From assembly GCA_000004985.1 (NCBI GenBank), contig GG738895.1: a stretch of DNA of 64,000 nt; one strand, given 5' to 3'. Positions within the stretch are counted from its first letter, which is position 1, and each line of letters opens with the position of its first letter. Shown here piece after piece: positions 46,799-56,736 of this stretch. The notes beneath the pieces were generated by a model that was given only the letters and a program-made list of their open reading frames with translations, was not told where the DNA came from and searched no databases. A program made the position numbers and the translations under genes. The DNA comes from Naegleria gruberi. Lineage: Eukaryota.

Positions 46799-47114
46799 TG
46801 TATGATTATTGCCATCACTACTTGTGTTATGATTTTTCCAAATCGCTTTCCTCACTAAACTTCCGAAGATGATATCAATTTTGTATAATATTTAATCGAT
46901 TATATCCAATTTAATTCAATTAGCACAAATTGTTATTATAATGATAGATTAATTGTATTGTTGGTTATTTAAATATCAATCATTCATCACGTTCAACTGT
47001 TATTAATCACTAACCTTCATCAAAACATCCAAAAGCGTTGAATAGACAGGAAAACATTTTTTATAATTAGAAAATAGAAAATAATTGGATGATGTCTTGA
47101 CAAGAAGAGATTGT

Positions 47115-47881
47115 TTACTTTTTCGTTTGCTTTTGTTTTGCAATCATTTGTTTGAATTTAGATTGACTGTTACTGCTAGCAGCAGCATTGCCACCACTTG
47201 TTGGTTTGGTTGTGTTTGAAGTAGATGTGGTTGTTGAATTACCTAATATGGATGACATTTCTTTTTCAATATCTTTTAATTCGTCTGCTGATTCAATGTC
47301 CTTATTGGTAGTTAATTTTTCTTAATGTGTGGTTAGAATTTTCATTATTAAATTGTTTACAAACCTTCAACCATGTTCTTGATGACATTATTCATATCTT
47401 GTCCATATTTCTTTTCCAAATCTCTTTTCATTTTCTCAACATTCATATCCTTCTTAATATCTCTAACATTCTCATTCATTTTAGTATATATTTCAGCAAA
47501 TTGTTTGTCAACATCTTTTTTCATTTGTTTTTGATCTCGAATAGTCTTGATGAAATTTCAATTTAAAATTCAAATAATCAATCTTACCTCCAATAATGTA
47601 TTTGCAACAAGTCTTGTATAATTTTCCTTCATTTCTTCTTCCACTTGTTTCATTTTCCTTCCAGCCTTTAAAGTGTTTACAAATTCCATAATATTTCCCC
47701 ACATTGTTCTCTTCTTTTCCTCCATCGAAAATCTATTTACTGAAAAATCTCTTTTTGAAGATTGTGAGAGGCAATTCAATGTATTCCGACTAGTGATTCT
47801 ACCACAAGAACGATGAAGAAGAGCACACTGGTGATTCATTGTCAGAGATGATGAAAATTGTTTGATGATTTGTCTATTCAT
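47115..47881 (-). CDS. Hypothetical protein, probably mitochondrially targeted; 3 exons, 226 aa
   Basis: Proposed structure is join(47881..47588,47545..47365,47320..47115). Introns are GTAAGA..CATCAAG (42 nt) and GTTTGT..CATTAAG (38 nt). The N-terminus MNRQIIKQFSSSLTMNHQCALLHRSCGR is presequence-like, followed by Lys/Glu-rich helices. Confidence 0.5.
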
Positions 47882-48091
47882 TTTTTAAAATTTATTTTAT
47901 TTTAATTATCAACAGAGAGCCGGTACGGAGCATCAACTTCTTGTTTAACATCAACTTCCTTTCCTTTACCAAATGCTCATCCAATTAATTAATCAACAAA
48001 CGCTAATACCACCAATAACAATTTGCAAGTCCTAATGTGAGAATTTTCATTGAGTGTTGTAAACAGCCTAAAAAAATTGCACTTATAAAAA

Positions 48092-50116
48092 ATGCTTCGA
48101 AACGTAAACTTTGCGCCTGTATTGCGCTCTGCCATCGCATCATCAAGAAGCAATCGTTTAGTAGTCCCTGCAACAAAACTTCAAACAAAATCATACAGCA
48201 AGGATTCTAATGATTCATTCGACCCTAGTCAACATTACGAAGTGGAGGAAGCAATGCCTTTCGTTGCTAAGAATGTAAATTTGAAAAAGACTAGAAGTTT
48301 AGTGGATTTGTTTGTTACTAAACTTGAGAAGGAAGGCGAAAAGGAAAACAAGGAGGAACAATTTTCTGAATTTGAGGCTCTTCAAAAGTCTGACAAAGCA
48401 AAGACTGTTAAAGCCCAATTTTCAAAGAAGAAAGTTAGAGAAGCTAACGATAACATCTATCAAAGAGATAGTGAGGAAGCTAAAAAATTACAACAACTCG
48501 AGAAAATTTACAATCAATCAAAGAGTGAAACCAGCAAGATACATAGACAAGATGTTATTGATATGGAAAGTAAGGAAAGAGACTCACAAACAAAAGCTGG
48601 TGATACTCTTTTGTCTTTCATGTATGAATCAAAGTCTCCACACAGAGTTGTTGAATCATGGGAACTTGAACAACAAGAAAAGGAACAAATTGCTGAGGAT
48701 TTCAAACAACACAAGAGAGATTATAAGAAACTCATCAAGAAGGACGGTTTAACTACCGAACAAGCCAACAGAAGTGAATATAACAAGCAATATGATACTG
48801 TTAGTCTCCAAAATGAAATGTTGGAAGGAATGAAGGCTATCAGCGACTACTCTTTATCTATTGATATGGACAGAATGAGTGCTTCACCAACTTCTCTCAC
48901 CGGTGATAAACTTATTCAAGTTAACAATTCTAGAAACGATCTTAAATCACCATTCTGGAATGTTCTTTCAAACCATGAAAAACGTTACTTCTTAAAGGAT
49001 GAATATCTTGAAGATATTTCAAAGAATGTTGAAAAATACGTTAACATGACTCCTGAAGAAATTGAACAACAAGCTCCATGGCTGTTGAATGATCCAAGAT
49101 GGGAAACAATAGAAGAATTGAGAAAACAAAACATTCAAGATATGTCCGAAACGACTTCTGAAGATAGAAGTAAATATGTCAGAGGTAGAATCTTTGATGA
49201 TGAAGCTCTCCGAAATCTCTATGAATCCCTCGGTTCAAAGCAATTTGATAATGTTCAAGAATTCTATGAAAATATTAAGGAAGCTACTGATGAAGAAGGT
49301 TTGCTGAGGAAATTAGAAACTGTTTTCCCAAATATTTCTAAAGATAAGCTCAAGTCAATCTTGGACAAGGTTGTTAAAACTATTCAACCAAAGTATGAAA
49401 AGTATGCTACACCAGTTCAAAGAACTATTCAACTCATCACAGACGAAATTACTGAAACTGCTAAGCCAACCATTTACACAATGGCTGATTTGGCCTCTAA
49501 ACCAAAGCCAAAGATGCAAACTGTTTTGTGGTCAATAAGACAAATTGCTACTAAGAAAGCTAAGGAAAGAGAAGTTGAATTGGTACATGAAAGAGCAAAG
49601 ACATTGAAACGTGAAGATTATACTTCTCCAATTGATCATATTTATGAAGTTTTGCGACCAATCCACGACGAATCCATGAAGGCTGGTGATGAAAAGAGTG
49701 GTGTTTCTGAATTCCATCCTGCTATCTATGGTGGTTATGTTGTTGCAACTGGTAAGAGAAAGTCTTCTATTGCCAATGTCAAGTTGTCACCAGGTACTGG
49801 TATTTTCTTGATTAACAACAAGTCATATCTTGACTATTTCAATCTTTCTCGTCATCATTACAAGTTGATGCTTCCATTGAAGTTTACTGATACATTAAAT
49901 CAATTTGATGTTGAATGCAGAGTTCACGGAGGTGGTCAAACTGGTCAATGTGACGCCATTTTCTTGGGATTAGCTAAGGCTCTTGCTAAGTTTGTTCCAG
50001 AATACGGTCCAACTTTGGAAGCCACTGGATTCCTTTTCAGAGATCCACGTTCTGTCGAAAGAAAGAAATTCGGTCAACCAAAGGCCAGAAAACAATTTAC
50101 TTTTGTCAAGCGTTAA
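48092..50116 (+). CDS. Mitochondrial ribosomal protein uS9m with an N-terminal extension of about 540 aa
   Basis: 674 aa with an AAAAAATG start and MLRNVNFAPVLRSAIASSRSNRL presequence. The C-terminal 130 aa (GGYVVATGKRKSSIANVKL...RVHGGGQTGQCDAIFLGLAKAL...KKFGQPKARKQFTFVKR) is the universal uS9 domain. Confidence 0.8.
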   Translation: MLRNVNFAPVLRSAIASSRSNRLVVPATKLQTKSYSKDSNDSFDPSQHYEVEEAMPFVAKNVNLKKTRSLVDLFVTKLEKEGEKENKEEQFSEFEALQKSDKAKTVKAQFSKKKVREANDNIYQRDSEEAKKLQQLEKIYNQSKSETSKIHRQDVIDMESKERDSQTKAGDTLLSFMYESKSPHRVVESWELEQQEKEQIAEDFKQHKRDYKKLIKKDGLTTEQANRSEYNKQYDTVSLQNEMLEGMKAISDYSLSIDMDRMSASPTSLTGDKLIQVNNSRNDLKSPFWNVLSNHEKRYFLKDEYLEDISKNVEKYVNMTPEEIEQQAPWLLNDPRWETIEELRKQNIQDMSETTSEDRSKYVRGRIFDDEALRNLYESLGSKQFDNVQEFYENIKEATDEEGLLRKLETVFPNISKDKLKSILDKVVKTIQPKYEKYATPVQRTIQLITDEITETAKPTIYTMADLASKPKPKMQTVLWSIRQIATKKAKEREVELVHERAKTLKREDYTSPIDHIYEVLRPIHDESMKAGDEKSGVSEFHPAIYGGYVVATGKRKSSIANVKLSPGTGIFLINNKSYLDYFNLSRHHYKLMLPLKFTDTLNQFDVECRVHGGGQTGQCDAIFLGLAKALAKFVPEYGPTLEATGFLFRDPRSVERKKFGQPKARKQFTFVKR

Positions 50117-50565
50117 ACTACTTATTTTTGTCATACTTTTTTATTTGGTAATAAAAGAAATTTTAATATATAATCTTAATAAGGAGGTGGTGGTATTGTA
50201 AAATGAAAGAGAGTGCTCGGTTAGATGAAAATCTTTGAATATTAGGAAAATAAAACTTATTTTGCCTCTTTTAAAACACTGAATAAATTGTATTTCTTCA
50301 ATAACAATTATTAATTAATTATTTAAACATAATCGCTCTAAGAATTGTTCCATGACAATGACACAAATCCCCATCATCGTTACCCAAACAACAAAACAAC
50401 AATCAACAAGAGAGATGAAAAGAGTTGAAGTGGCTCTAAAAAAACTCGGATGGCAATAAGTTTATTGAATTAAAAATTCGAAGTGAAAAAAAAATATTGC
50501 GTTTTTATCGCTACAACAGACAACCTAATATTTTGCTTCAACAAAAAAATTTATAAAACATAAAA

Positions 50566-51609
50566 ATGGCTTTCGAAGGTGGAAGAGGTGGTGGTAGAGG
50601 CGGTGGCCGTGGTGGATTTGGTGGTGGCAGAGGAGGTTCTCGTGGAGGATTCGGTGGTGGTGATAGAGGTGGCCGTGGTGGTGGTTTCGGTGGTGGCCGT
50701 GGAGGCGGTAGAGGTGGATTTGGTGGCGATAGAGGAGGATTTGGTGGTGATAGAGGTGGAAGAGGTGGTGGCCGTGGTGGTGGTCGTGGTGGTGCCAGAG
50801 GTGGTGGTAGAGGTGGAGCAAGAGGTGGCGGTAGAGGTGGTGGCCGTGGAGGATTCGGTGGTGCTGCAGGTGCTGCTGGTAAGAAGGTCATTGTCGAACC
50901 ACATCGTTTTGAAGGAGTTTATGTCGTCAAGGGTAGAGATGAATCAATTGCCACATTGAATATGGTCCCAGGTGAATCTGTTTATGATGAAAAGAGAGTT
51001 ACTGTCGAAAAGGGATTCGGTGATAGCGTCCAAAAAGTTGAATACAGAATTTGGAATCCATTCCGTTCCAAGTTGGGAGCTGGTATCATTGGTGGTGTTG
51101 AAAACATTTATATCAAGCCAGGTACTAAATTATTGTATTTGGGTGCTGCTTCTGGTACAACAGTTTCTCACTGTTCTGACTTGGTTGGTCCAGAAGGTAT
51201 GGTTTATGGTGTTGAATTATCCGAAAGATGTGGACGTGATTTAATTGAAATGTCAAAGAAGAGACCTAACATTGTTCCAATCATAGAAGATGCTCGTCAT
51301 CCTTTGAGATACAGAATGTTGGTTGGTTCTGTTGATACTGTCTTTGCTGACGTTGCCCAACCTGATCAAGCTCGTATTGTTGCTTTGAATGCTAAGTATT
51401 TCTTAAAGCCAGGTGGCAAATTCGTCATTTCCATCAAGGCTAATTGTATAGATTCAACAGTTGAAGCTGAAGTTGTCTTTGCTAGAGAAGTTGAACAATT
51501 GCAACAATTCGGTTTTACTTGTGAAGAACAATTGGACTTGGAACCTTTCGAACGTGATCACTGTTTGGTAGTTGGTACCTTGAATAATGGTGATTGCATA
51601 CAATTTTAA
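50566..51609 (+). CDS. Fibrillarin (rRNA 2'-O-methyltransferase Nop1) with an N-terminal GAR (RGG-repeat) domain
   Basis: [24 protein letters not shown]... followed by [19 protein letters not shown]...[20 protein letters not shown]...[16 protein letters not shown]...[11 protein letters not shown]...[13 protein letters not shown]. It aligns with Nop1/FBL over the whole methyltransferase domain. Strongly biased yeast-type optimal codons. Confidence 0.95.
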   Translation: MAFEGGRGGGRGGGRGGFGGGRGGSRGGFGGGDRGGRGGGFGGGRGGGRGGFGGDRGGFGGDRGGRGGGRGGGRGGARGGGRGGARGGGRGGGRGGFGGAAGAAGKKVIVEPHRFEGVYVVKGRDESIATLNMVPGESVYDEKRVTVEKGFGDSVQKVEYRIWNPFRSKLGAGIIGGVENIYIKPGTKLLYLGAASGTTVSHCSDLVGPEGMVYGVELSERCGRDLIEMSKKRPNIVPIIEDARHPLRYRMLVGSVDTVFADVAQPDQARIVALNAKYFLKPGGKFVISIKANCIDSTVEAEVVFAREVEQLQQFGFTCEEQLDLEPFERDHCLVVGTLNNGDCIQF

Positions 51610-51794
51610 TTCCACTCATTACTAAATTTTATAAAAACACAATATTCTAAATATCTAATTATCAATTTACTAAGGTGTAGAAATGTTGCATTCCGAATAG
51701 AAATGTTTATGAGTGGCAAGTTCAGCTGCTGGTTATTCTATCATGTTTGTGAATCTCTTGTTGTGTCACGTTTCACAAATCAGAATTCAAAAAA

Positions 51795-52553
51795 ATGAAA
51801 CAACGCATTGTCAAGCCAACATTTCAAACCAATTCCTTTCTCATAGAGGATGATCAAGAAGAAGATAACCTCACTACCAGTCCATCATCACCAAATCCAC
51901 CAATAGAGAATACATCTCAAGGATCAGACCCAGCAGAAAATCCAGAAAATAGTGACTTTAGTGATTGGAAGAAAAAAGAAAAGAAGAAAATGAGTAGAGC
52001 TGCACAATTCGCAAATGCCAAAGCTTCAGGTGTTTTACTATTCAGAACATTCAACAATTGTCCAGACTCTTTAGAATTTCTCTTGGGGAAACACTCCAAA
52101 ACAAACTCGTGGGAAAATTTTGCAGGTAAAGTTAATATGGGAGAAACAGTGGAAGAAGCAGCTCTACGAGAATTGCAAGAAGAAACTCTAAACCAATTCA
52201 GTGAAGAGCATGTGAAAATGGTGGCATCTCAATTGAACATTGAAAGAGCTTTTTTCATTAAAGTTAATCAATCAAATCAAGCAATGTTTCTTGTTCATTT
52301 GAATGATTTTGAACCAGATTTAGAAGAATGGAAGAGAAAAGCTGAAAGATTGAAAAGTGAAAATAGAAAGGTTGAACTTTCTGAATTTAATTTTTTCAAG
52401 GAATTTCCACTCCAAGAATTGAGAGTTCCACACCTTCAAGAATTCATCCCAAAAAAGAGAAACGACATTATGAAAATGGCTCTAGAAATAATTAAGTGCC
52501 CAACAAGGGAAACATCATCAACTAAGCACAATGTTACAAAGAGAAATAGATAA
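51795..52553 (+). CDS. Nudix hydrolase
   Basis: 252 aa. The Nudix box is GKVNMGETVEEAALRELQEETL, matching Gx5Ex7REUxEExGU. Confidence 0.65.
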   Translation: MKQRIVKPTFQTNSFLIEDDQEEDNLTTSPSSPNPPIENTSQGSDPAENPENSDFSDWKKKEKKKMSRAAQFANAKASGVLLFRTFNNCPDSLEFLLGKHSKTNSWENFAGKVNMGETVEEAALRELQEETLNQFSEEHVKMVASQLNIERAFFIKVNQSNQAMFLVHLNDFEPDLEEWKRKAERLKSENRKVELSEFNFFKEFPLQELRVPHLQEFIPKKRNDIMKMALEIIKCPTRETSSTKHNVTKRNR

Positions 52554-52632
52554 CTTTCTAATCAAGTAAAATAAAAAATAAATAAAAAATTAAAATTATT
52601 AATAGTTATTAAATTTATTTATTTTCATTAGT

Positions 52633-53385
52633 CTACTGATTCGAATGAGTAAATAATGAACGATACAAGTTATCTTTCTCTTCCATATTTGGTAATACTA
52701 AATTGTTATTGGATTTATCAAAATATTGCTTCAGTGTATTTTCATATGATAACTCTCTTGTTTTCTTTAGTTTTAATTTATATAACATTATTTTGGAAAA
52801 TGTTGTAAAAGTTAGTAATGGTTGATATCGATCCAAAAAAATTGCCATATGATTAAATGGTTCTAATAAATTAAATAATTGATCAGTGACTAGTAATTCT
52901 CTCAATACTTGATAGATTGGACAGGTTTTCAGCTTTTTAGCTGATAATTCAATAAAATTCTCATATTTAAATTCTTTAGCAGTAAATTTCTTAAAATATT
53001 CAAAAGTTGATTTCCATATTTGTGCATGAACCGTTCCAACAAGTATCATTACATTATTCTTTTCTTTACAATCTTGTGTTAACTGTAAATGCATTACACT
53101 ACAATATTCTTCAATAAACTTGTTAATATTTAAATAACTTTCGAATATATCCGCTAATTCGTTTAAATCAAACTGAAATGATTTCGGATACAAGGTAAAA
53201 AACACTCGTTTTGGATCTTTACTCAATTGTCTCATCAAACTATCAAAACAATCATTCCAATAATGATTACTTTCATTAATTATTTGATTCCATTCATGAC
53301 AAACAAGCATACAATTAATTAAATTACTTCCGATTGGAACGTAACAAAAACAATTTAATAAACAATCTGTATCTAGAAAGGTCAT
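52633..53385 (-). CDS. Hypothetical protein with an F-box-like N-terminus
   Basis: The track start 53427 is GTG. The first ATG is 53385 (MTFLDTDCLLNCFCYVPIGSNLINCMLVCHEWNQII..), an F-box-like Leu/Cys pattern. Confidence 0.4.
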   Translation of the reverse strand: MTFLDTDCLLNCFCYVPIGSNLINCMLVCHEWNQIINESNHYWNDCFDSLMRQLSKDPKRVFFTLYPKSFQFDLNELADIFESYLNINKFIEEYCSVMHLQLTQDCKEKNNVMILVGTVHAQIWKSTFEYFKKFTAKEFKYENFIELSAKKLKTCPIYQVLRELLVTDQLFNLLEPFNHMAIFLDRYQPLLTFTTFSKIMLYKLKLKKTRELSYENTLKQYFDKSNNNLVLPNMEEKDNLYRSLFTHSNQ

Positions 53386-53463
53386 TTTTCTGATATTTTT
53401 TTTAAAAGGTTTCGAATAAAAGTTCACAACACAATGAAATGTGAAATAGAGGTTATAAAGTAA

Positions 53464-55230
53464 TTATCTGATTTGTTTCGTTTCGTGCATATTATAATAT
53501 TTTGCAAGGACATATAAATCCAACATTGAATAAACCTTTCCTTTAAATGAAATCTCATAACTCAAATGTTTTGACACTAAATTCAAAAGATCATCGTGAA
53601 TTAATGAAGAATATGCTTTCGAAAGTTCTATCTTGTCTAATTCTAGACTATTTTCATTAATTAAATAGTGTGCAGTGAGATTCGAATACATTTTTTCAAA
53701 ATCAAATTTCAGGAATACTTCTCGATTATACTGCATGACAATTATAATGCTCTTTTCCAAATGAGAAAGGAATTTTGAAATATTGCATCTGTAAAGAGTC
53801 CTATCTATTCTGATAAAGAGTGGAAAATCTTTTGAACTTGCTTCAGTTGACCTAACAACTATTGCTATTATTGAATCTTTACCTTCTCCACCTCCAATGA
53901 TCGAAGCATCAGGAATTATATTCTTATTACAATCCCATATTTTACTCGAATTGGAATACTGGAATTGAAATGATCTTCCAATTCCAGTTTGTTTCCACTT
54001 TCTGATTCTTATTGGTGCAATAGTTGTATCCTTTTCAATCTCTGAATCAAACTTTTCCATATCACTAATCCTAAACCAAATTGGTTTCTTCCAAAAAATT
54101 GAATTGAAATAACAAAGAGAAGGAGGAATAGGGGTTGAATTGTGTTGTGTGTAAATGTTGGGAAGTTGACCTTCCAGTTTCTCCACCAGATTGCAAACTT
54201 CCTCACTTAGAGGCATCTCAACGGTATTCAGTTCTAGTTTCAATTCTAGCTGATAAACATGTTTCTGATCGAATGAGAATAGTTTTTTACAATGCTTATC
54301 AAAGTAATACGAATTGAATGGTTGAGGCGGATTCAGATATCCAAGAATTGATTTTGAAATACTTGGAGATGACCCATCAATGATATGTAACATTCCCTTC
54401 TTACCAATCAGGAAATTAAAATATGGAGTTTGCATATCGAAAATCATTCCACTTAAATCATCCACCGAATCAATCATCATCATTTCTTGACATATACTGT
54501 ACTCATCCCCATAGAGTTTCACAAGGGTATTGAGCCCATCATCTGCATGATTGTGTATGTAATCATAAATTCTAACATTATTTCCTGTCAGAATTATTAA
54601 TTCATTCGTATATTCATTAAGGGAAAGACAAACTGCTCTTTTTGTAAACTCATTTTCAATTTCGTATTTCAATTGCATAGATAAGCCATCTAATACAGAT
54701 ATTTTACCATCAGAAACATCCAAAACATATAATTCCTTTTTATCTTTACGATAGGTCAATTCACATTTTGCATTTAACAATCCCAAATCCGATTCTACAA
54801 TTTCAATTTCTTCCTGCGAAAGAATAAACTTTAACACATTATATCCAAATTCATGATGCATTGTTGCAAAAATCACATCTGTTTCTTCCTCCTGATTCCC
54901 TTCCACTAAACACATTCTAATAACTGCATTCTCCGATTCCAAATGAAAAGATTGCTCTCCACTCTCCAAATCATAACCATCAATTCCCATCGAATGACCA
55001 ACAAGTAATAACTTTCTCCTCTGATAGAATTTAATATCAGTGATGAGAAAATTGCTAGGAACTGGAGTTAAATGGAAAGTTTTTAATAAATTCATTGAAT
55101 AATCTCCGAGACATAAAACTGTCTTTTCAGTGGTGAATTTATTTCTTAACAGGGATTGAGTGTAGTGTTTTTCTAATGGATCAAGGAAAACCAAACGAGT
55201 GAGTGATTCCTCTTGATGATGTGGTTGCAT
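53464..55230 (-). CDS. Hypothetical protein (588 aa), predicted beta-rich, with no family assigned
   Basis: ATG start at 55230. Uninterrupted ORF with good codon bias. No recognisable motif. Confidence 0.5.
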   Translation of the reverse strand: MQPHHQEESLTRLVFLDPLEKHYTQSLLRNKFTTEKTVLCLGDYSMNLLKTFHLTPVPSNFLITDIKFYQRRKLLLVGHSMGIDGYDLESGEQSFHLESENAVIRMCLVEGNQEEETDVIFATMHHEFGYNVLKFILSQEEIEIVESDLGLLNAKCELTYRKDKKELYVLDVSDGKISVLDGLSMQLKYEIENEFTKRAVCLSLNEYTNELIILTGNNVRIYDYIHNHADDGLNTLVKLYGDEYSICQEMMMIDSVDDLSGMIFDMQTPYFNFLIGKKGMLHIIDGSSPSISKSILGYLNPPQPFNSYYFDKHCKKLFSFDQKHVYQLELKLELNTVEMPLSEEVCNLVEKLEGQLPNIYTQHNSTPIPPSLCYFNSIFWKKPIWFRISDMEKFDSEIEKDTTIAPIRIRKWKQTGIGRSFQFQYSNSSKIWDCNKNIIPDASIIGGGEGKDSIIAIVVRSTEASSKDFPLFIRIDRTLYRCNISKFLSHLEKSIIIVMQYNREVFLKFDFEKMYSNLTAHYLINENSLELDKIELSKAYSSLIHDDLLNLVSKHLSYEISFKGKVYSMLDLYVLAKYYNMHETKQIR

Positions 55231-55548
55231 TTTTTTTTCAAATGATCTGCAGAAAAGCTAAAATTAGTGCAATTTTGAAATGTTTGTAAAGTAACTGAGA
55301 ATGTGGATTTTATAAATACAAGGAAACCAATTAAGGAGAAAGAAAATATTTGAGTAAGGCTCAGTATAGTACAATATTCTTTGGGTCTTCTAATTGAGTG
55401 TTGGTAATATCTAAATGAATTTCACCATAATTTTCGAAAGCAAACTGATCTGCTTGTTCATTTGATATTCATTTCGTTTCATTCACATCTTTCTTTGTTG
55501 TAATGCGATTGTAAATTATTTTTTTGTATAATAAACTAAAATTGAATC

Positions 55549-55620
55549 CTCCCGTGCCGGGAATTGAACCCGGATCTCCTGGGTGAGAGCCAGGTATCTT
55601 AGCCATTGGACCACACGGGA
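55549..55620 (-). tRNA. tRNA-Glu (anticodon CTC)
   Basis: Minus-strand sequence TCCCGTGTGGTCCAATGGCTAAGATACCTGGCTCTCACCCAGGAGATCCGGGTTCAATTCCCGGCACGGGAG. Perfect 7-bp acceptor stem. Anticodon loop CTCTCAC. T-arm GGTTCAATTCC. TTTT lies downstream. Confidence 0.85.
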
Positions 55621-55700
55621 TTCTTGTATAAATATTGAAAATATAACTCACTATAATAAATAATCATTAAGCTGTTAAGGTGAAATCGTACGATTTCCAT

Positions 55701-55710
55701 AAAAAGGAAA
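55701..55710 (-). terminator. RNA polymerase III T-run terminator of tRNA-Pro
   Basis: The minus-strand sequence TTTCCTTTTT immediately follows the discriminator base. Confidence 0.6.
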
Positions 55711-55782
55711 GGGGACCAGTGGGAATCGAACCCACGCCCTCTCGCACCCAAAGCGAGAATCATACCACTAGACCATGGTCCC
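55711..55782 (-). tRNA. tRNA-Pro (anticodon TGG)
   Basis: Minus-strand sequence GGGACCATGGTCTAGTGGTATGATTCTCGCTTTGGGTGCGAGAGGGCGTGGGTTCGATTCCCACTGGTCCC. Its D- and anticodon arms are identical to the canonical eukaryotic tRNA-Pro(UGG). A TTTCCTTTTT terminator lies downstream. Confidence 0.9.
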
Positions 55783-56736
55783 TTACATTACAAATCAAGA
55801 AAGAACATTCAAATTGACGCTAAGTAATTAAACTGTAGAATTACTAGCATTAATAACATTTTGGACATGTTCTTCATTTCAAGAAGAATGTAAAATCATT
55901 GAATACATTTCTAAAATTTATTTCTTGGTGGCATTCTTGGTAGCAACTGGTTGCTTCTTAACACTTCTGCCAACTTTTCTGGTTCCCTTGGTGGCTCTTC
56001 TAGTAATAGTCTTTGGGGCTCTTCTGGTGGATCTAATCTTTGGGTAGTGCTTCTAGTGGCAGATGGTACTTCTGGTGGAAGATCTAGTCTTCTTTCCAGA
56101 CTAATGTTTATGATTTTATTGCATTTGATGAAAATAAAAGCAATAATATTGAATTAAAAATAATTCTCAATGCTAACTGAATAACTTACAGCAGCCATAC
56201 CGAAGGAAGCAAAGCACAAAACAGCGATCAAAAGGACAGCAATAATAATTTTGGCGTTCATATTGAATGTTAACTTGTTTTTTTGTTTAATGTTCTTTGT
56301 GGGAGGTTGTGTCTTAACTCTCTGCATTCTTAATGAACATTTAAGGGTATGTGATGCTCAATTTTGTAGAAAAGAGTTGTATTGTATTAAGGGCACTGTA
56401 GTTAAATCGAAGAAACTCAAGGAAGACACAAAACAAAGCCATTCATGTGTCCACTTAGACAATGCACTTTCTCTGCAACATCTGGGAAGAAAATTATCTG
56501 CATCACACTAACAAAGTGAACATTCATAATAGGTCTTTCCACTTGCCTTCCATTGAAATTCAGTTTCCAAAGTGAGTTTATCATTCCCCATTCAGAAAAC
56601 AAGCTTTTCGCACAGATTTCCTCAGTGTAGCATCTACAATGGAAAACATCAGACACGCACCTTTAACAATCCTCTTATTTTTCATACAGTTTAATAAACA
56701 TTCAAAGTGTTACTCCTCAAGTTGCATGACATGAGA

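Noticed and set aside
50525-50959. Four overlapping ORFs (three minus-strand, one plus-strand in an alternative frame) encoding Pro-rich, His-rich, Thr/Ser-rich and Val/Glu-rich peptides
   Set aside because: These are artefacts of the GGT/GGA/AGA triplet repeats that encode the fibrillarin GAR domain. Only frame +1 continues into a conserved protein.
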